IMG/VR virus record: IMGVR_UViG_3300015263_001049
Origin: an uncultured virus (IMG/VR IMGVR_UViG_3300015263_001049)
Taxonomy: Duplodnaviria; Heunggongvirae; Uroviricota; Caudoviricetes
Direction: 5' to 3' (one strand)
DNA: 64,000 nt
Shown here: positions 1 to 9,527 of the stretch, in pieces
Layout: each line of letters opens with the position of its first letter
How positions within the stretch are numbered: position 1 is the first letter of the stretch
Made by a program: the position numbers and the translations under genes
Notes under the pieces: model-generated
The model's database searches: none
The model's input: only the letters and a program-made list of their open reading frames with translations
Told to the model about the DNA's origin: nothing

Positions 1-21
1 CTCTCGCACCTTGAAGGTGGT

Positions 22-1686
22 CTACAGCTCAACCTTCTCGATCACGTCAACCCAGTGGTCTTTTGTCGACCCCTTCGTGAAAGCAGCCACAACGTCGAAG
101 ACGGCGTCGGAGAAGCCTCCCACGTTCAGGATTCGGCCGGTCTGGTCAGGGGCCTGCACGGTACCGTGCGGAGCCACGTCGATGCAGACGAGCCTGGCGT
201 TCGGGCAGCGGCGCTGAATCGTGATCCACTCGGCCATCATCGACGAGCCTCGGTGGTATGCGGAGCCGGCGATCTGTCCGTTGGACTCGTAGTCAGAAAC
301 GAACACAACGAGGTCCACGTCAGCCTTCTCCCTGTTGAGGACACGGAGGGGTTCGCTGCACTCGGTTGCCCCTCCGCCAAGGCGGGCGAGAGCGTTTGCG
401 TTCGTCATCACGCTGTCCCGAGGGTTGGGACGGAAGGTCGTGATCGCCTTCCCCTCGAACGGGATGACCCGTGCCGAGCGGTTTCTGCGAAGCATGGCCG
501 CCATCAGGAGACCGGCAACGTCGATGCAGCGGACCATGGTGGTGTGCTGCTCGATCTTACCAGTCTTGGCATTTCTCCGCTGACCCGTGATGTTGCTCTG
601 CATGGAGCCAGAGACGTCCGGGCAGAGAACGACGTTACCCTCGAAGGCCGGAACGTTGTCAACGGCGATTTCCAGGGCGTCTTGAAGCGCCTCGGCAATC
701 TCCGGAGGCGTCGGAGCCCTCTCGGTCGCCTGCTGGGTGTAGAGCCCGTAGGAACGGGTCTGACCTTCCACCGTAGCCTTGTAGGCCATGAGAAGCTGGT
801 ACGGGAACGCGGAAGCAGCCTTGATGAGCTTCTCGTCGCGGATCTTGTCCGCCACGAGCTTAACCATCGCCGGATCCGTGAAGACCCCGTGACGGGAGAA
901 CGTGTTGATGTTGCGGAACGTCTGACCCCAAGAGGCCCGACGAGCCACTTCCTTCCACCCTGCCTCATCGAGCGTGAGCCCGGTGAGCATCTCGAACGGA
1001 GCTGCCGGAAGATCCCCGGTCGGGTTCGTCTTGTACGCCTCGTAGGCCGCTACACGGGCGGGGAGAGCCGAAGCCGTGAGGAAGGACTCCTCTCCAAACT
1101 TCGCCGTTTCCTTCCCGATGAGCCACGCCTGGAGCGCCGAACGCTCCTTGGTCTTCGGGCGGACACGAGACATCTTGATGATGTCTCCGAAGCTCGGGTT
1201 GGACCCGAGCGACATGTTGAAGATGGTGTCATCCGTCCGCGAGTTGAACCACTCGCCGATGAGCCTCTTCATCGTGGCCGAGCTGGCGTTGTGACGTCCG
1301 AACGCCCCAGACCGGAGGATCTGAATGAAGTTCCGGAGCATCTTCCCGTTGTCGATGACCTTCGGGAACGCCTTACGGGCCGCGACGGCATCCACGGTCG
1401 TCAAGAAAACCGTGAGAGCTGCCGGCATGTCCTTCATCATGCCGCTTTTGCGAGCGTAGACGGCGACCTTCGCCACAAACTCCGGCTCGACTTCCTTCGC
1501 GAGCGCGAGAACCTGCTGGAGCTGGTCCTCTCCGCTCGTGTAGAACGTCTGGTTGAAGCAGCCGGTTACGGCGAGCTGAGCCAGAGCGGCCTTCGACGAG
1601 AGTTTGTATGCGTTCTGGCCGGAGAAGTTCTTCGCGTCGGCCGAGGGTACAGACGTACCCTTCTTCTGGAATGCGTTGCTTGCCAT
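22..1686 (-). CDS. rsr: Ro60/TROVE-domain RNA-binding protein with C-terminal vWA domain
   Basis: 554 aa; N-terminal 'LAQLAVTGCFNQTFY', 'AVYARKSGMMKDMPA' and 'FPYQLLMAY' are typical of TROVE; vWA MIDAS motif 'DVSGSM', plus 'GGGAT' and 'VFVSDYE'; RBS GGAGG upstream. Confidence 0.9.
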   Translation of the reverse strand: MASNAFQKKGTSVPSADAKNFSGQNAYKLSSKAALAQLAVTGCFNQTFYTSGEDQLQQVLALAKEVEPEFVAKVAVYARKSGMMKDMPAALTVFLTTVDAVAARKAFPKVIDNGKMLRNFIQILRSGAFGRHNASSATMKRLIGEWFNSRTDDTIFNMSLGSNPSFGDIIKMSRVRPKTKERSALQAWLIGKETAKFGEESFLTASALPARVAAYEAYKTNPTGDLPAAPFEMLTGLTLDEAGWKEVARRASWGQTFRNINTFSRHGVFTDPAMVKLVADKIRDEKLIKAASAFPYQLLMAYKATVEGQTRSYGLYTQQATERAPTPPEIAEALQDALEIAVDNVPAFEGNVVLCPDVSGSMQSNITGQRRNAKTGKIEQHTTMVRCIDVAGLLMAAMLRRNRSARVIPFEGKAITTFRPNPRDSVMTNANALARLGGGATECSEPLRVLNREKADVDLVVFVSDYESNGQIAGSAYHRGSSMMAEWITIQRRCPNARLVCIDVAPHGTVQAPDQTGRILNVGGFSDAVFDVVAAFTKGSTKDHWVDVIEKVEL

Positions 1687-1801
1687 GTCACCCTCCCATG
1701 TCCGCCGAAGCGGACCAAGTTATGCCCCGAAATGGGGCCAAATTGGGGTTGTGGCTTTTTCTACACCGGGAAGACGTGCTATGCACGCATTTTCTGACAG
1801 G

Positions 1802-2032
1802 TCATCGACGGATTGACCCAACGTTCGTGTTTTCAGGCAACTTCCCGTCGATGTCGAACAGCTCCTTGGTGACGGCGTTCTCCACAAGCCAGCCTTGGCT
1901 TGTGTGAACAGCGTTGTGTTGTTGGTTCGTTCCTCTTGTATGGGCATTCGCCCGATTTATGGCGTCGGCTCGCTTGAAGAAGAAGCGGACCGTCACTCCA
2001 CCTAGCTCGGTCCGGTTGAAGACGACGCTCAT
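1802..2032 (-). CDS. small hypothetical protein
   Basis: 77-codon ORF starting MSVVFNRTEL, immediately after the stop of 2034-2333. Confidence 0.5.
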   Translation of the reverse strand: MSVVFNRTELGGVTVRFFFKRADAINRANAHTRGTNQQHNAVHTSQGWLVENAVTKELFDIDGKLPENTNVGSIRR

Positions 2033-2033
2033 G

Positions 2034-2333
2034 TCAGTCCACCACCACGAAGCTCGGGCCTCGGTAGGTCGCCACGACCTGACCCGTCCGGTGGTCCCGC
2101 ACGGAGGCCGAGAAGACAACCGTAGTCCCAAGGTGGGCATTGCAACCCCCAACCTTGGTGGAGTTCTCGAAGTGCCGCACGTACGCGGCGAGATTCTCCT
2201 CCGTGGGCTTCCCGTAACCGGGAAGCTGACCCCGCGAGCGGGTACGCCACTCGGCGGGGGTGCAACGGTGAGTCCCGGAAGGGGACACAGCCACCATTTC
2301 AACGGTCACATTCACAACGCGGCTAGCTCCCAT
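2034..2333 (-). CDS. hypothetical protein (leaderless)
   Basis: ATG 6 nt after a CGTCTA box at 2340-2345(-). Confidence 0.6.
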   Translation of the reverse strand: MGASRVVNVTVEMVAVSPSGTHRCTPAEWRTRSRGQLPGYGKPTEENLAAYVRHFENSTKVGGCNAHLGTTVVFSASVRDHRTGQVVATYRGPSFVVVD

Positions 2334-2498
2334 GCTCCGTAGACGTACGAAGGTACGCCCTTTCCGAAAAAACGACACCCTCAAAGTTTTTTCAAAAACC
2401 AACGAGGCTCGATCGTCTACCGAGAGCCAACGCAAATTACCCTGGTTCCTGTCAGATTGAGGAACCTACCCACGTCTTGCGGTGTACTAGGAGAGACC

Positions 2499-3845
2499 AT
2501 GGCTAAGATCCCGCTCACGATCAAGGTGTCGTATCTTCCGTCCTGGGGCGCCTACGAAGGCATCCGGGAGCTGGTACAAAACGCCAAGGACGCCGAAGTG
2601 GAGCACTCGGCTCCGATGACGGTGGACTGGTACAACGACACCCTTCGTATCGAAAACGAGGGGACGACGCTGCCGACGAAGGCGCTCCTTCTGGGCCACA
2701 CGACGAAGCTCGGTAACTCCGAGTTGATCGGCAAGTTCGGTGAGGGCCTCAAGCTCGGCATCCTCGCACTCGTTCGCGCCGGCCACGACGTGAAGGTCCG
2801 CAACGGAGACGAAGTGTGGATCCCCTCGATTCAGCGCTCTGATGTGTTTGACGATGACGTGCTCGTCTTCGACATCACAGGTGGCCGTGAGGCCAAGAAC
2901 AGGGTCCGAGTCGAGATCGGCGGCGTCACCCGCGAGGCTTGGGAGAAGTTCAAGGAGGCGTTCCTCTTCCTCCGCCGTCCGAAGAAGAGCGAGCACATCG
3001 ACACCTACAACGGAACGTTGCTCCTCGGGGAGAAGTTCAAGGGCAAGGTCTTCGTGAAGGGGATCTTCGTCCAGACGGACCCCGATCTCAACTTCGGCTA
3101 CGACCTCACCCGTGACGTCGAGCTGGACCGCGACCGCAAGATGGTCGAGTCGTGGAACCTCCGGTACCACACACGTAACGTGTTCCTGGCTGCGATGAAC
3201 AAGCGAGAGGAGCTGTTCTCTCAGTTCGTCGACATGCTTGAGACGCCAACGACGGAGACCACGGACCTTGACCCGTCCTACTGCTCCATCTCAACGGAGA
3301 CAGCGGAGAAGGTGCTCGGGGCTTTCAAGGCCAAGCACGGCGTCGATGCCGTCCCGGTCGCTAACCTTGCGGAGAGCAAGGACATCGAACACCTCGGCAA
3401 GCGAGGCATCGTCGTCAGCAAGCCGCTCGGGGCGGTTCTCGCCAAGACCCTTGGCGACGCCTTCGCGGTCAAAGAAGGGCTCAAGAAGGAGACCCTCAAG
3501 ACGTACGGGTGGGGTGAGTTGACGACCCAAGAGCAGTCGGTCCTCTCCGGAGCCGTCGAGCTGGTCAACGAGGTCGAGCGTGTCGGCCTGGAGAACATCG
3601 ACATCGTGGACTTCCGCTCTGACAAGCTGGAAGGCCAGTACAAGGTCGAGGGGGACCGCATCCTCATCGCCAAGAAGCTCCTCGCGAGCGCCGACGACAC
3701 CCTCAAGGTGCTGATTCACGAGGTTGCCCACCGCCAGGGGGCGGACGGCGACAAGTCCCACGTTGCCCGTATCGAGGACATCTGGGCCGGGGTGGTCCGC
3801 AATCTGCGGGTCCACTTCAACAACCGCCTCAACCGAGTGAACTGA
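2499..3845 (+). CDS. GHKL (HATPase_c-like) ATPase with C-terminal HExxH zincin motif
   Basis: 'IRELVQNAKDA', 'IENEG', 'IGKFGEGLK' GHKL boxes; 'LIHEVAH' near the C-terminus; RBS AGGAG before ATG 2499. Confidence 0.75.
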   Translation: MAKIPLTIKVSYLPSWGAYEGIRELVQNAKDAEVEHSAPMTVDWYNDTLRIENEGTTLPTKALLLGHTTKLGNSELIGKFGEGLKLGILALVRAGHDVKVRNGDEVWIPSIQRSDVFDDDVLVFDITGGREAKNRVRVEIGGVTREAWEKFKEAFLFLRRPKKSEHIDTYNGTLLLGEKFKGKVFVKGIFVQTDPDLNFGYDLTRDVELDRDRKMVESWNLRYHTRNVFLAAMNKREELFSQFVDMLETPTTETTDLDPSYCSISTETAEKVLGAFKAKHGVDAVPVANLAESKDIEHLGKRGIVVSKPLGAVLAKTLGDAFAVKEGLKKETLKTYGWGELTTQEQSVLSGAVELVNEVERVGLENIDIVDFRSDKLEGQYKVEGDRILIAKKLLASADDTLKVLIHEVAHRQGADGDKSHVARIEDIWAGVVRNLRVHFNNRLNRVN

Positions 3846-3894
3846 AAAAACAGAGGGCGGTTGGAAATCAACCGCCCTCGATCGTCTAACAACC

Positions 3895-4215
3895 ATGAGC
3901 CGTTCACGTACCGTCACTACCGTCATCTACGTCGAGCGAGGCGAGGAAGAGATCGAGCTTTCCGTTGAAGGGCGGTTCTCTCCCGGCTCCCCCGGAAGGC
4001 TGTGGGGGCCTCCCGAGAAGTGTTACCCGGACGAGCCGGCTGAGGCCGAGGTGGAGCACGTCTTCCTCAACGGCCAGCCGTGGACTGGTGAGCTGACCAA
4101 GGCGGAGGAAGAGGCCGCCGTCGAAGCTCTCCTGGCTGCGGGTGGAGAGGACGACGACGGCCCCGACCCTGACGACTACTACGACTCTCGTTTCGACGAC
4201 AGAGAGGACTACTGA
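3895..4215 (+). CDS. acidic hypothetical protein
   Basis: ATG 6 nt after a CGTCTA box; 106 aa. Confidence 0.7.
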   Translation: MSRSRTVTTVIYVERGEEEIELSVEGRFSPGSPGRLWGPPEKCYPDEPAEAEVEHVFLNGQPWTGELTKAEEEAAVEALLAAGGEDDDGPDPDDYYDSRFDDREDY

Positions 4216-4217
4216 CC

Positions 4218-5690
4218 ATGAGTCACGATTGGTTCAAGACGGACAAGGGTGGCCTCGCGAAGCTCCTCGAAAAGAAGGGCAAAGCGTTCGCTGTCTTTGA
4301 ATTGATCCAAAACCCGTGGGACACGCGAGCGGCCACGGTCACCGTCACCATCGAACCCATCCCCAACCGCCCTCTCGTGCGACTCCGTGTCGAGGACGAC
4401 GATCCTGACGGCTTCAAAGACCTGAGCCACGCCTTTACCTTGTTCGCTGAGTCCGAGAAGAAGGGTGACCCGAGCAAACGGGGCCGCTTCAACCTGGGTG
4501 AAAAGCTCGTCCTGGCCTTGTGTGAAGAGGCCAGCATCGTCTCCACGAAGGGGTCCGTCACCTTCGATGCCGAGGGCCGTCACGAGTCCCGCAAGAAGCG
4601 AGACCGAGGCTCAGTCTTCGAGGGCGTCATGCGCATGACCCGAGAGGAGATGGCCGAGGTCGAGACCGCCGTTCAGAGGCTCATCCCGCCCGTTGGTTGC
4701 CATACCACGTTCAACGGGACACCCCTCGCCTACCGCGAGATCCTCCGGAAATTCGAGGCTACCCTCCCCACGGAGATCAGCGACGGCGAAGGGTACCTTC
4801 GCCGTACCCAACGGAAAGCGGAGGTGACCGTTCACGAGGTCAAGCCCGGCGAGACCGCCACGCTTTACGAGATGGGGATCCCCGTCGTCGAGCTGAGCGG
4901 GGGCGAGCCCTGGCACGTCAACGTGCATCAAAAAGTGCCCTTGACGGTCGAGCGGGACAACGTGACCCCGGCGTACCTCCAGACGATCCGCGTCCTCCTC
5001 GCGAACGAGATGAAGGAGAGCATCAAGAAAGAGCACGCCGATCAAGTCTGGCTCAACGCTGCTACCGAGGACGAGCGGATCGATTCCGAGGCGGTCAACA
5101 CGGTCTTGGATCACCGTTTCGGGAAGAGGCGGGCGATCTTCGACCCGACCGACCCCGAGGCGAACAAGCAACTCATGAACGAGGGCTTCACCATCATCGC
5201 CGGAGGCTCACTCTCGAAGGGCCAATGGGCGAACGTGAAGGCCACCAGTCTGGCCAAGCCCAGCGGCCACATCCGCCCAAGCGGCGTCCACTACAGCCCG
5301 GACGGTGACCCTGAGCGCCTCATCCCCGAAGACCAGTGGACGAACGGGATGCGAGTCATCGTCGAGATGTCCAAGGATCTGGCCGAAGTCCTCATCGGGA
5401 AGACCATTCACGTCAAGCTCGTGAACGAACCAATCGCTCTCCCGCACGCTGCCTGGTACGGTAACGGGACGCTGGCCTTCAACGTCGGCCGGCTCGGCAA
5501 GGCATGGTTCAACGAGAACCCCCCTGGACCGAAGCACTTGGAGTTGATTCTCCACGAGCTTGCGCATGATCGCGTGAAGGATCACCTTACGAAAGAGTTT
5601 GCCGATGAGGTCGGCCGGCTCGCCGTCAAGCTCCTCGGCAAGCTCCTCGTGGAGTCGAACTTCCTGAAGTACCACGGATACCAGCCATGA
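4218..5690 (+). CDS. GHKL ATPase-like protein with C-terminal HExxH motif
   Basis: 'FELIQNPWD', 'VEDDDPDG', 'RGRFNLGEK'; 'LILHELAH'. Confidence 0.7.
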   Translation: MSHDWFKTDKGGLAKLLEKKGKAFAVFELIQNPWDTRAATVTVTIEPIPNRPLVRLRVEDDDPDGFKDLSHAFTLFAESEKKGDPSKRGRFNLGEKLVLALCEEASIVSTKGSVTFDAEGRHESRKKRDRGSVFEGVMRMTREEMAEVETAVQRLIPPVGCHTTFNGTPLAYREILRKFEATLPTEISDGEGYLRRTQRKAEVTVHEVKPGETATLYEMGIPVVELSGGEPWHVNVHQKVPLTVERDNVTPAYLQTIRVLLANEMKESIKKEHADQVWLNAATEDERIDSEAVNTVLDHRFGKRRAIFDPTDPEANKQLMNEGFTIIAGGSLSKGQWANVKATSLAKPSGHIRPSGVHYSPDGDPERLIPEDQWTNGMRVIVEMSKDLAEVLIGKTIHVKLVNEPIALPHAAWYGNGTLAFNVGRLGKAWFNENPPGPKHLELILHELAHDRVKDHLTKEFADEVGRLAVKLLGKLLVESNFLKYHGYQP

Positions 5691-6829
5691 AGCCCAAAGT
5701 CCGGGACCTCAAGATCGGGCGTGATGCAGAGGGGAATACCACATTCTTCACGCCGGACAACGTGGACCCGATGGTCCTCTACAAGCTGGGAATGACACAG
5801 CTCACCCAGCAGAGGTTCGCCCATCTTGCCCCCGGAGCGTTCGGCTTCACGCCGAACATCGCAAGGAAAGAAGACATGATGCGGCTCGGGGAGGTCTTGT
5901 GGAAAGAGACCTACTCCCACGGGGATGACGACCGAGCCGCCAAGACGAGGTTCGACGAGTGGGCGTACCGCCAGCCTCCGGAGTTCCTCGACTTTTTCGA
6001 GAACCTTCAGAACAGCCTCGTCTGGTTCGCGGTAGCCCGGTGGTCAGACCAAGCCTTCCCCACGGTCACGATGGGTGAGAAGTTTTGCGCTGCCCTCATG
6101 GCAACGCAGATCCCGGAGGACATGCTCTCGGAGGTCGAGGCCCCATGGAAGGCGTTCGTCATCGAGGTTCCCGGACGGATGCTCTCGGTCTTTGACGGGG
6201 ACCTCATGCAGCGGACCCGCATCGTTCGCATCCTGGTCCAGAAGATCGATGACGCCCAAGGCGAAGACGAACCTTGGCGTTGGATCGCTTTCGGCGAGAA
6301 GGGTCAACACGTCTGGCGTAGCGCCAACGCCGACCAACTCCTCAAGCCCGTTCACTTCGACAAGAAGAAGCCGGACACCAAGTTCAACTACGAGATCGGG
6401 AACCGAGCCTTCGATGATGACGACCTCCACCGTGACGAACGGCTCTACATCCTGATCAGCCGGCTCGTCCTCAACGTCTGCCTCGCCGTGGCGGACCCTG
6501 ACCAAGTCAAGGAGGTCGGGTCCAGTCACAAGCGCCACAAGGCTGCCAAGCGGGAAGGCCGCCGCAGTCCGTTGGTGGAACAGCGAGTCTTCCAGGTCGG
6601 TCGCCCCATCAACCTAGACTGCCGGGACGCCATCCAAGAGTACGTGGAGGGAGAAAGGGCTGCCCGAGAGCTGAAAGTCCAGAGCCTCACCCGAGGCTAC
6701 TGGAGGCGTCAGCCTTACGGCCCGAAGCTGGCTCTCCGACGAAGGCAGTGGATCGAGCCCTACTGGCGAGGTCCAGAAGACGCCCCCATTCTTGTACGAC
6801 CACACACATTTTCTGACGATTCCGGTTGA
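5687..6829 (+). CDS. hypothetical protein, paralog of 7781-8941
   Basis: 380 aa; ATGA overlap with the upstream gene; C-terminal 'RGYWRRQPYGP..RRRQWIEPYWRG' motif. Confidence 0.75.
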   Translation: MKPKVRDLKIGRDAEGNTTFFTPDNVDPMVLYKLGMTQLTQQRFAHLAPGAFGFTPNIARKEDMMRLGEVLWKETYSHGDDDRAAKTRFDEWAYRQPPEFLDFFENLQNSLVWFAVARWSDQAFPTVTMGEKFCAALMATQIPEDMLSEVEAPWKAFVIEVPGRMLSVFDGDLMQRTRIVRILVQKIDDAQGEDEPWRWIAFGEKGQHVWRSANADQLLKPVHFDKKKPDTKFNYEIGNRAFDDDDLHRDERLYILISRLVLNVCLAVADPDQVKEVGSSHKRHKAAKREGRRSPLVEQRVFQVGRPINLDCRDAIQEYVEGERAARELKVQSLTRGYWRRQPYGPKLALRRRQWIEPYWRGPEDAPILVRPHTFSDDSG

Positions 6830-6858
6830 AACCGGAGCCAGTCGATCGTCTACAAGAC

Positions 6859-7149
6859 ATGAGCAAGCCCACCCCCTTCGGAGGCCCCAACGGTCACCCC
6901 AACTACTCGAAAAACTCCGAGAAGTGTGTGACCCACAAGTACGTCAAGGGTCAGGCCGTGGTCGTGGAGCCTTGCTGCTACTGCGGCAAGGGCATCTCGG
7001 GGACGCCGAAGTTCACGGTGTTCCTGACCTCGGACGCCGAGATCGTGGAGGCTGACGAGTCCCTCCCTGACTTCCTCGGGCATCACCCGGTCGGTTCGGA
7101 CTGCGCTCGGGTTCTCAAGAAGGCGGGCCTTCCCGTTTACGCGAAGTAG
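6859..7149 (+). CDS. small Cys-containing hypothetical protein
   Basis: leaderless ATG after CGTCTA; CxxC and PVGSDC. Confidence 0.65.
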   Translation: MSKPTPFGGPNGHPNYSKNSEKCVTHKYVKGQAVVVEPCCYCGKGISGTPKFTVFLTSDAEIVEADESLPDFLGHHPVGSDCARVLKKAGLPVYAK

Positions 7150-7158
7150 GAGTCTCAC

Positions 7159-7542
7159 ATGCACCCCTTCTCTGAAGTCGGAAAGCCCTGCCCTACCTGC
7201 AAGCGGGAGATCGTCAAGCACGACTTCCACGACATGGAGCCCTACACGGGATGCTCCGAGTTCTGCGCCCGAGCGACGGACAAAGAGATCGAAGGCTTCA
7301 AGGACGCCAAGCCCGGCGACTTCTGCGTCTTCCCCTGTGCCGAGTGCGGCGAGCCCATCGAAGGGGAGTGGGAGCCCAACGTTCGCCACGGGTGCCTCTG
7401 CTCCCAGTGCTACCCAAAGGTCCAGCTCCGGGAGCGTACCGAGCTTCTGAAGCAAGCACGGGAGATCATCAACGCCATCCCTGGCCCTCCAGCCGGCCCT
7501 CTCGCCGCCCTCGTGAAGAAGATCGACGAGGCCCTAGCGTGA
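7159..7542 (+). CDS. Cys-rich (multi-CxxC) putative zinc-binding protein
   Basis: four CxxC/CxxxC pairs; RBS AGGAG. Confidence 0.65.
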   Translation: MHPFSEVGKPCPTCKREIVKHDFHDMEPYTGCSEFCARATDKEIEGFKDAKPGDFCVFPCAECGEPIEGEWEPNVRHGCLCSQCYPKVQLRERTELLKQAREIINAIPGPPAGPLAALVKKIDEALA

Positions 7543-7784
7543 AGTACGTCCGGCCCCGCTGGGTCGAGGAAGGAATGACGGTCATCGTCCCGATGACCGG
7601 GGTTGAGGTTGACCCCTTCAAGGGCCTTCAAGCTACAGAGGCCGTCCAAACCCTCCTTGGGGTCAAGTGCTCCGTCACCATGGCGGCCGGCTACCACGCA
7701 AGGGTCGTCAACGAGAAGCACGGCATCAACCGCACATTCCACATCGACCAACTCCGGGTTCCGGAAGGAGACCCTCACGCATGA
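7539..7784 (+). CDS. small hypothetical protein
   Basis: GTGA and ATGA overlaps with both neighbours. Confidence 0.55.
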   Translation: MKYVRPRWVEEGMTVIVPMTGVEVDPFKGLQATEAVQTLLGVKCSVTMAAGYHARVVNEKHGINRTFHIDQLRVPEGDPHA

Positions 7785-8941
7785 TCGACCCCAAGGACGT
7801 TTTGGACAAAATCCGCGCAGAGGCCCGACCCCTCATGCGGATCCACACGGGGAAGGTCGAGGAGCTGCAAGAAGACAGCGGGGCTACAAGAGCTAACGAG
7901 TACGTCTCCGAGTGGCTGGAAGACCCGGAGAATGCAGCCGATGAGAACATCACCCCAGCGAACCTTGAAAGCCAGCTTGTCGAAGTCGGGGAGTGGGCTC
8001 ACGGCATAGGTTGGGCTCACACGGAGGACGACGCAGAAGCCTGGGAGCTTGAGCGTCGGGTCGTCTACGAACGAGCCGAGGCCGGGGACCGAAAGGCAGC
8101 CAAACTCCTCCCGCACCTCATGACCACGGACGGGTACAACGCCTTCGGATGGCACGGCAAGTGGTATCACTACGGGTGCCAATCGCTGGAAATCGAGGAG
8201 AAGTACGCGGCTTCGCTTTGCGCCACCAAGGTAGCTCCGACCGAGCTGGAGTACGTCAAACTCCCGTGGCCCTGCTTCGTGGTGAGGGTTCCCAAGTTTC
8301 TCCAGAACCTCAAGGTGAACGGGGAAGGGCTCCGGCTCGTGGTCATCAACCACTTCCGCTACTCCGGGGCCTCACGAGTCACAGGCAAACAGAACCTCGA
8401 AGGGGAGGTGGACGTAGAGAGGTTCAACCTCCACCTCGTCACGTCAAACAAGTACCGCATCCTTCCGGCAGGAAGCCTTGCTGACTGGCTTCAACCCAAC
8501 GTCGGCCATGGGTACGACGAATTTCGTCTAGTCGAGGTGACTCACTCGGAGGTTGACCGGCGCCAACTGGAGATGATCGGCCGTCTTGTTCTTGGGGCCA
8601 TCATCACGATGAACGATCCCAAGGCCCATCGCCGGCTGAGCCCGCTTCACCCAAAGGCCAAGCCTTCCCTTGGTAGTCCTCGGTACGGGACCTCCAACCA
8701 AGTCGTTCTCCACAAGATCGGCCGTCCGGTGAAGGTCGATGCCAGAGATACGGTGTCCGCCTACGCCTCGGGACAGAAAAGCAGGGTCACAAGCGTCCGA
8801 ACCCTGGTCGCCGGCCACTGGAAGAACCAACCTCACGGCCCGAGGAACGCCCTCCGGCGTTGGCAGCACATCGAATGCTACTGGCGTGGGGACGAAGAGG
8901 CGCCCCGTATCATCCGTCCCCATGTGCTGGACGGCACGTAG
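7781..8941 (+). CDS. hypothetical protein, paralog of 5687-6829
   Basis: RBS AGGAG; shares blocks 'EKYAASLCAT', 'PWPCFVVRVP' and 'AGHWKNQPHGP..RRWQHIECYWRG' with the paralog. Confidence 0.75.
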   Translation: MIDPKDVLDKIRAEARPLMRIHTGKVEELQEDSGATRANEYVSEWLEDPENAADENITPANLESQLVEVGEWAHGIGWAHTEDDAEAWELERRVVYERAEAGDRKAAKLLPHLMTTDGYNAFGWHGKWYHYGCQSLEIEEKYAASLCATKVAPTELEYVKLPWPCFVVRVPKFLQNLKVNGEGLRLVVINHFRYSGASRVTGKQNLEGEVDVERFNLHLVTSNKYRILPAGSLADWLQPNVGHGYDEFRLVEVTHSEVDRRQLEMIGRLVLGAIITMNDPKAHRRLSPLHPKAKPSLGSPRYGTSNQVVLHKIGRPVKVDARDTVSAYASGQKSRVTSVRTLVAGHWKNQPHGPRNALRRWQHIECYWRGDEEAPRIIRPHVLDGT

Positions 8942-9042
8942 AATCCGGTGTAGACCTATCATAACCAGCGCTTTGAGCCCTGGTTCTCGGGAAGTTTGAA
9001 CTTCCTGTTCTCATGCGCCCTTCGAGGCCCAAGGAGATACCC

Positions 9043-9393
9043 ATGCTGAGTACAGACGGACCGTGGGTCCAAGAGATGAAGTTCGCGTTGACGAAGGCGT
9101 CGATCGACACCTTACTCTTCACGAAACAGACGGCCCCTTACAGTGTGATGGCTCCGATCGCCGGCTACCACCACCGCGACCCGAAGTACCACGGGCAACT
9201 GGGTCGCCTCATGGATGAGGATCATAGCGTCGGAAAACCATTCCGTTCGGCGTTGATCATCAACAAGGACTTGGGCCGCCCTGGGGGTCAGTTCTACGAA
9301 AAGGCCCGCCAACTAGGGCACGTCATCCCCAACTCAGACGCGGGGGAGATCGCGTTTCATCAGGACCAACTCAAGAGGCTTGGGGTTCTGTAG
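9043..9393 (+). CDS. hypothetical protein, possible DNA-binding domain
   Basis: RBS AAGGAG; 'GKPFRSALIINKDLGRPGGQFY' motif. Confidence 0.6.
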   Translation: MLSTDGPWVQEMKFALTKASIDTLLFTKQTAPYSVMAPIAGYHHRDPKYHGQLGRLMDEDHSVGKPFRSALIINKDLGRPGGQFYEKARQLGHVIPNSDAGEIAFHQDQLKRLGVL

Positions 9394-9527
9394 ACAGGTC
9401 ACCGAAGCGGTGTAGAATACCTGTACGGACCACTCCGGGGGCTTGTCGGCCCTGACCTCTGAGCCATCCAACCGTGAAGACGGTCTAGCCGACAACTCCC
9501 GGAACCCTTTATGGTGTTTATGGTTGC

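Noticed and set aside
55..1797. 580-aa plus-strand ORF, and many similar long antisense or overlapping ORFs in the track (e.g. 11919-12911, 21475-22329)
   Set aside because: Shadow ORFs of real genes in high-GC DNA; no recognisable motifs and biased composition.
3895..4215. C-terminus DSRFDDREDY as another TRFER tag (also MTTRFDII at 39176)
   Set aside because: Only partial matches, in acidic or low-complexity context; not counted.
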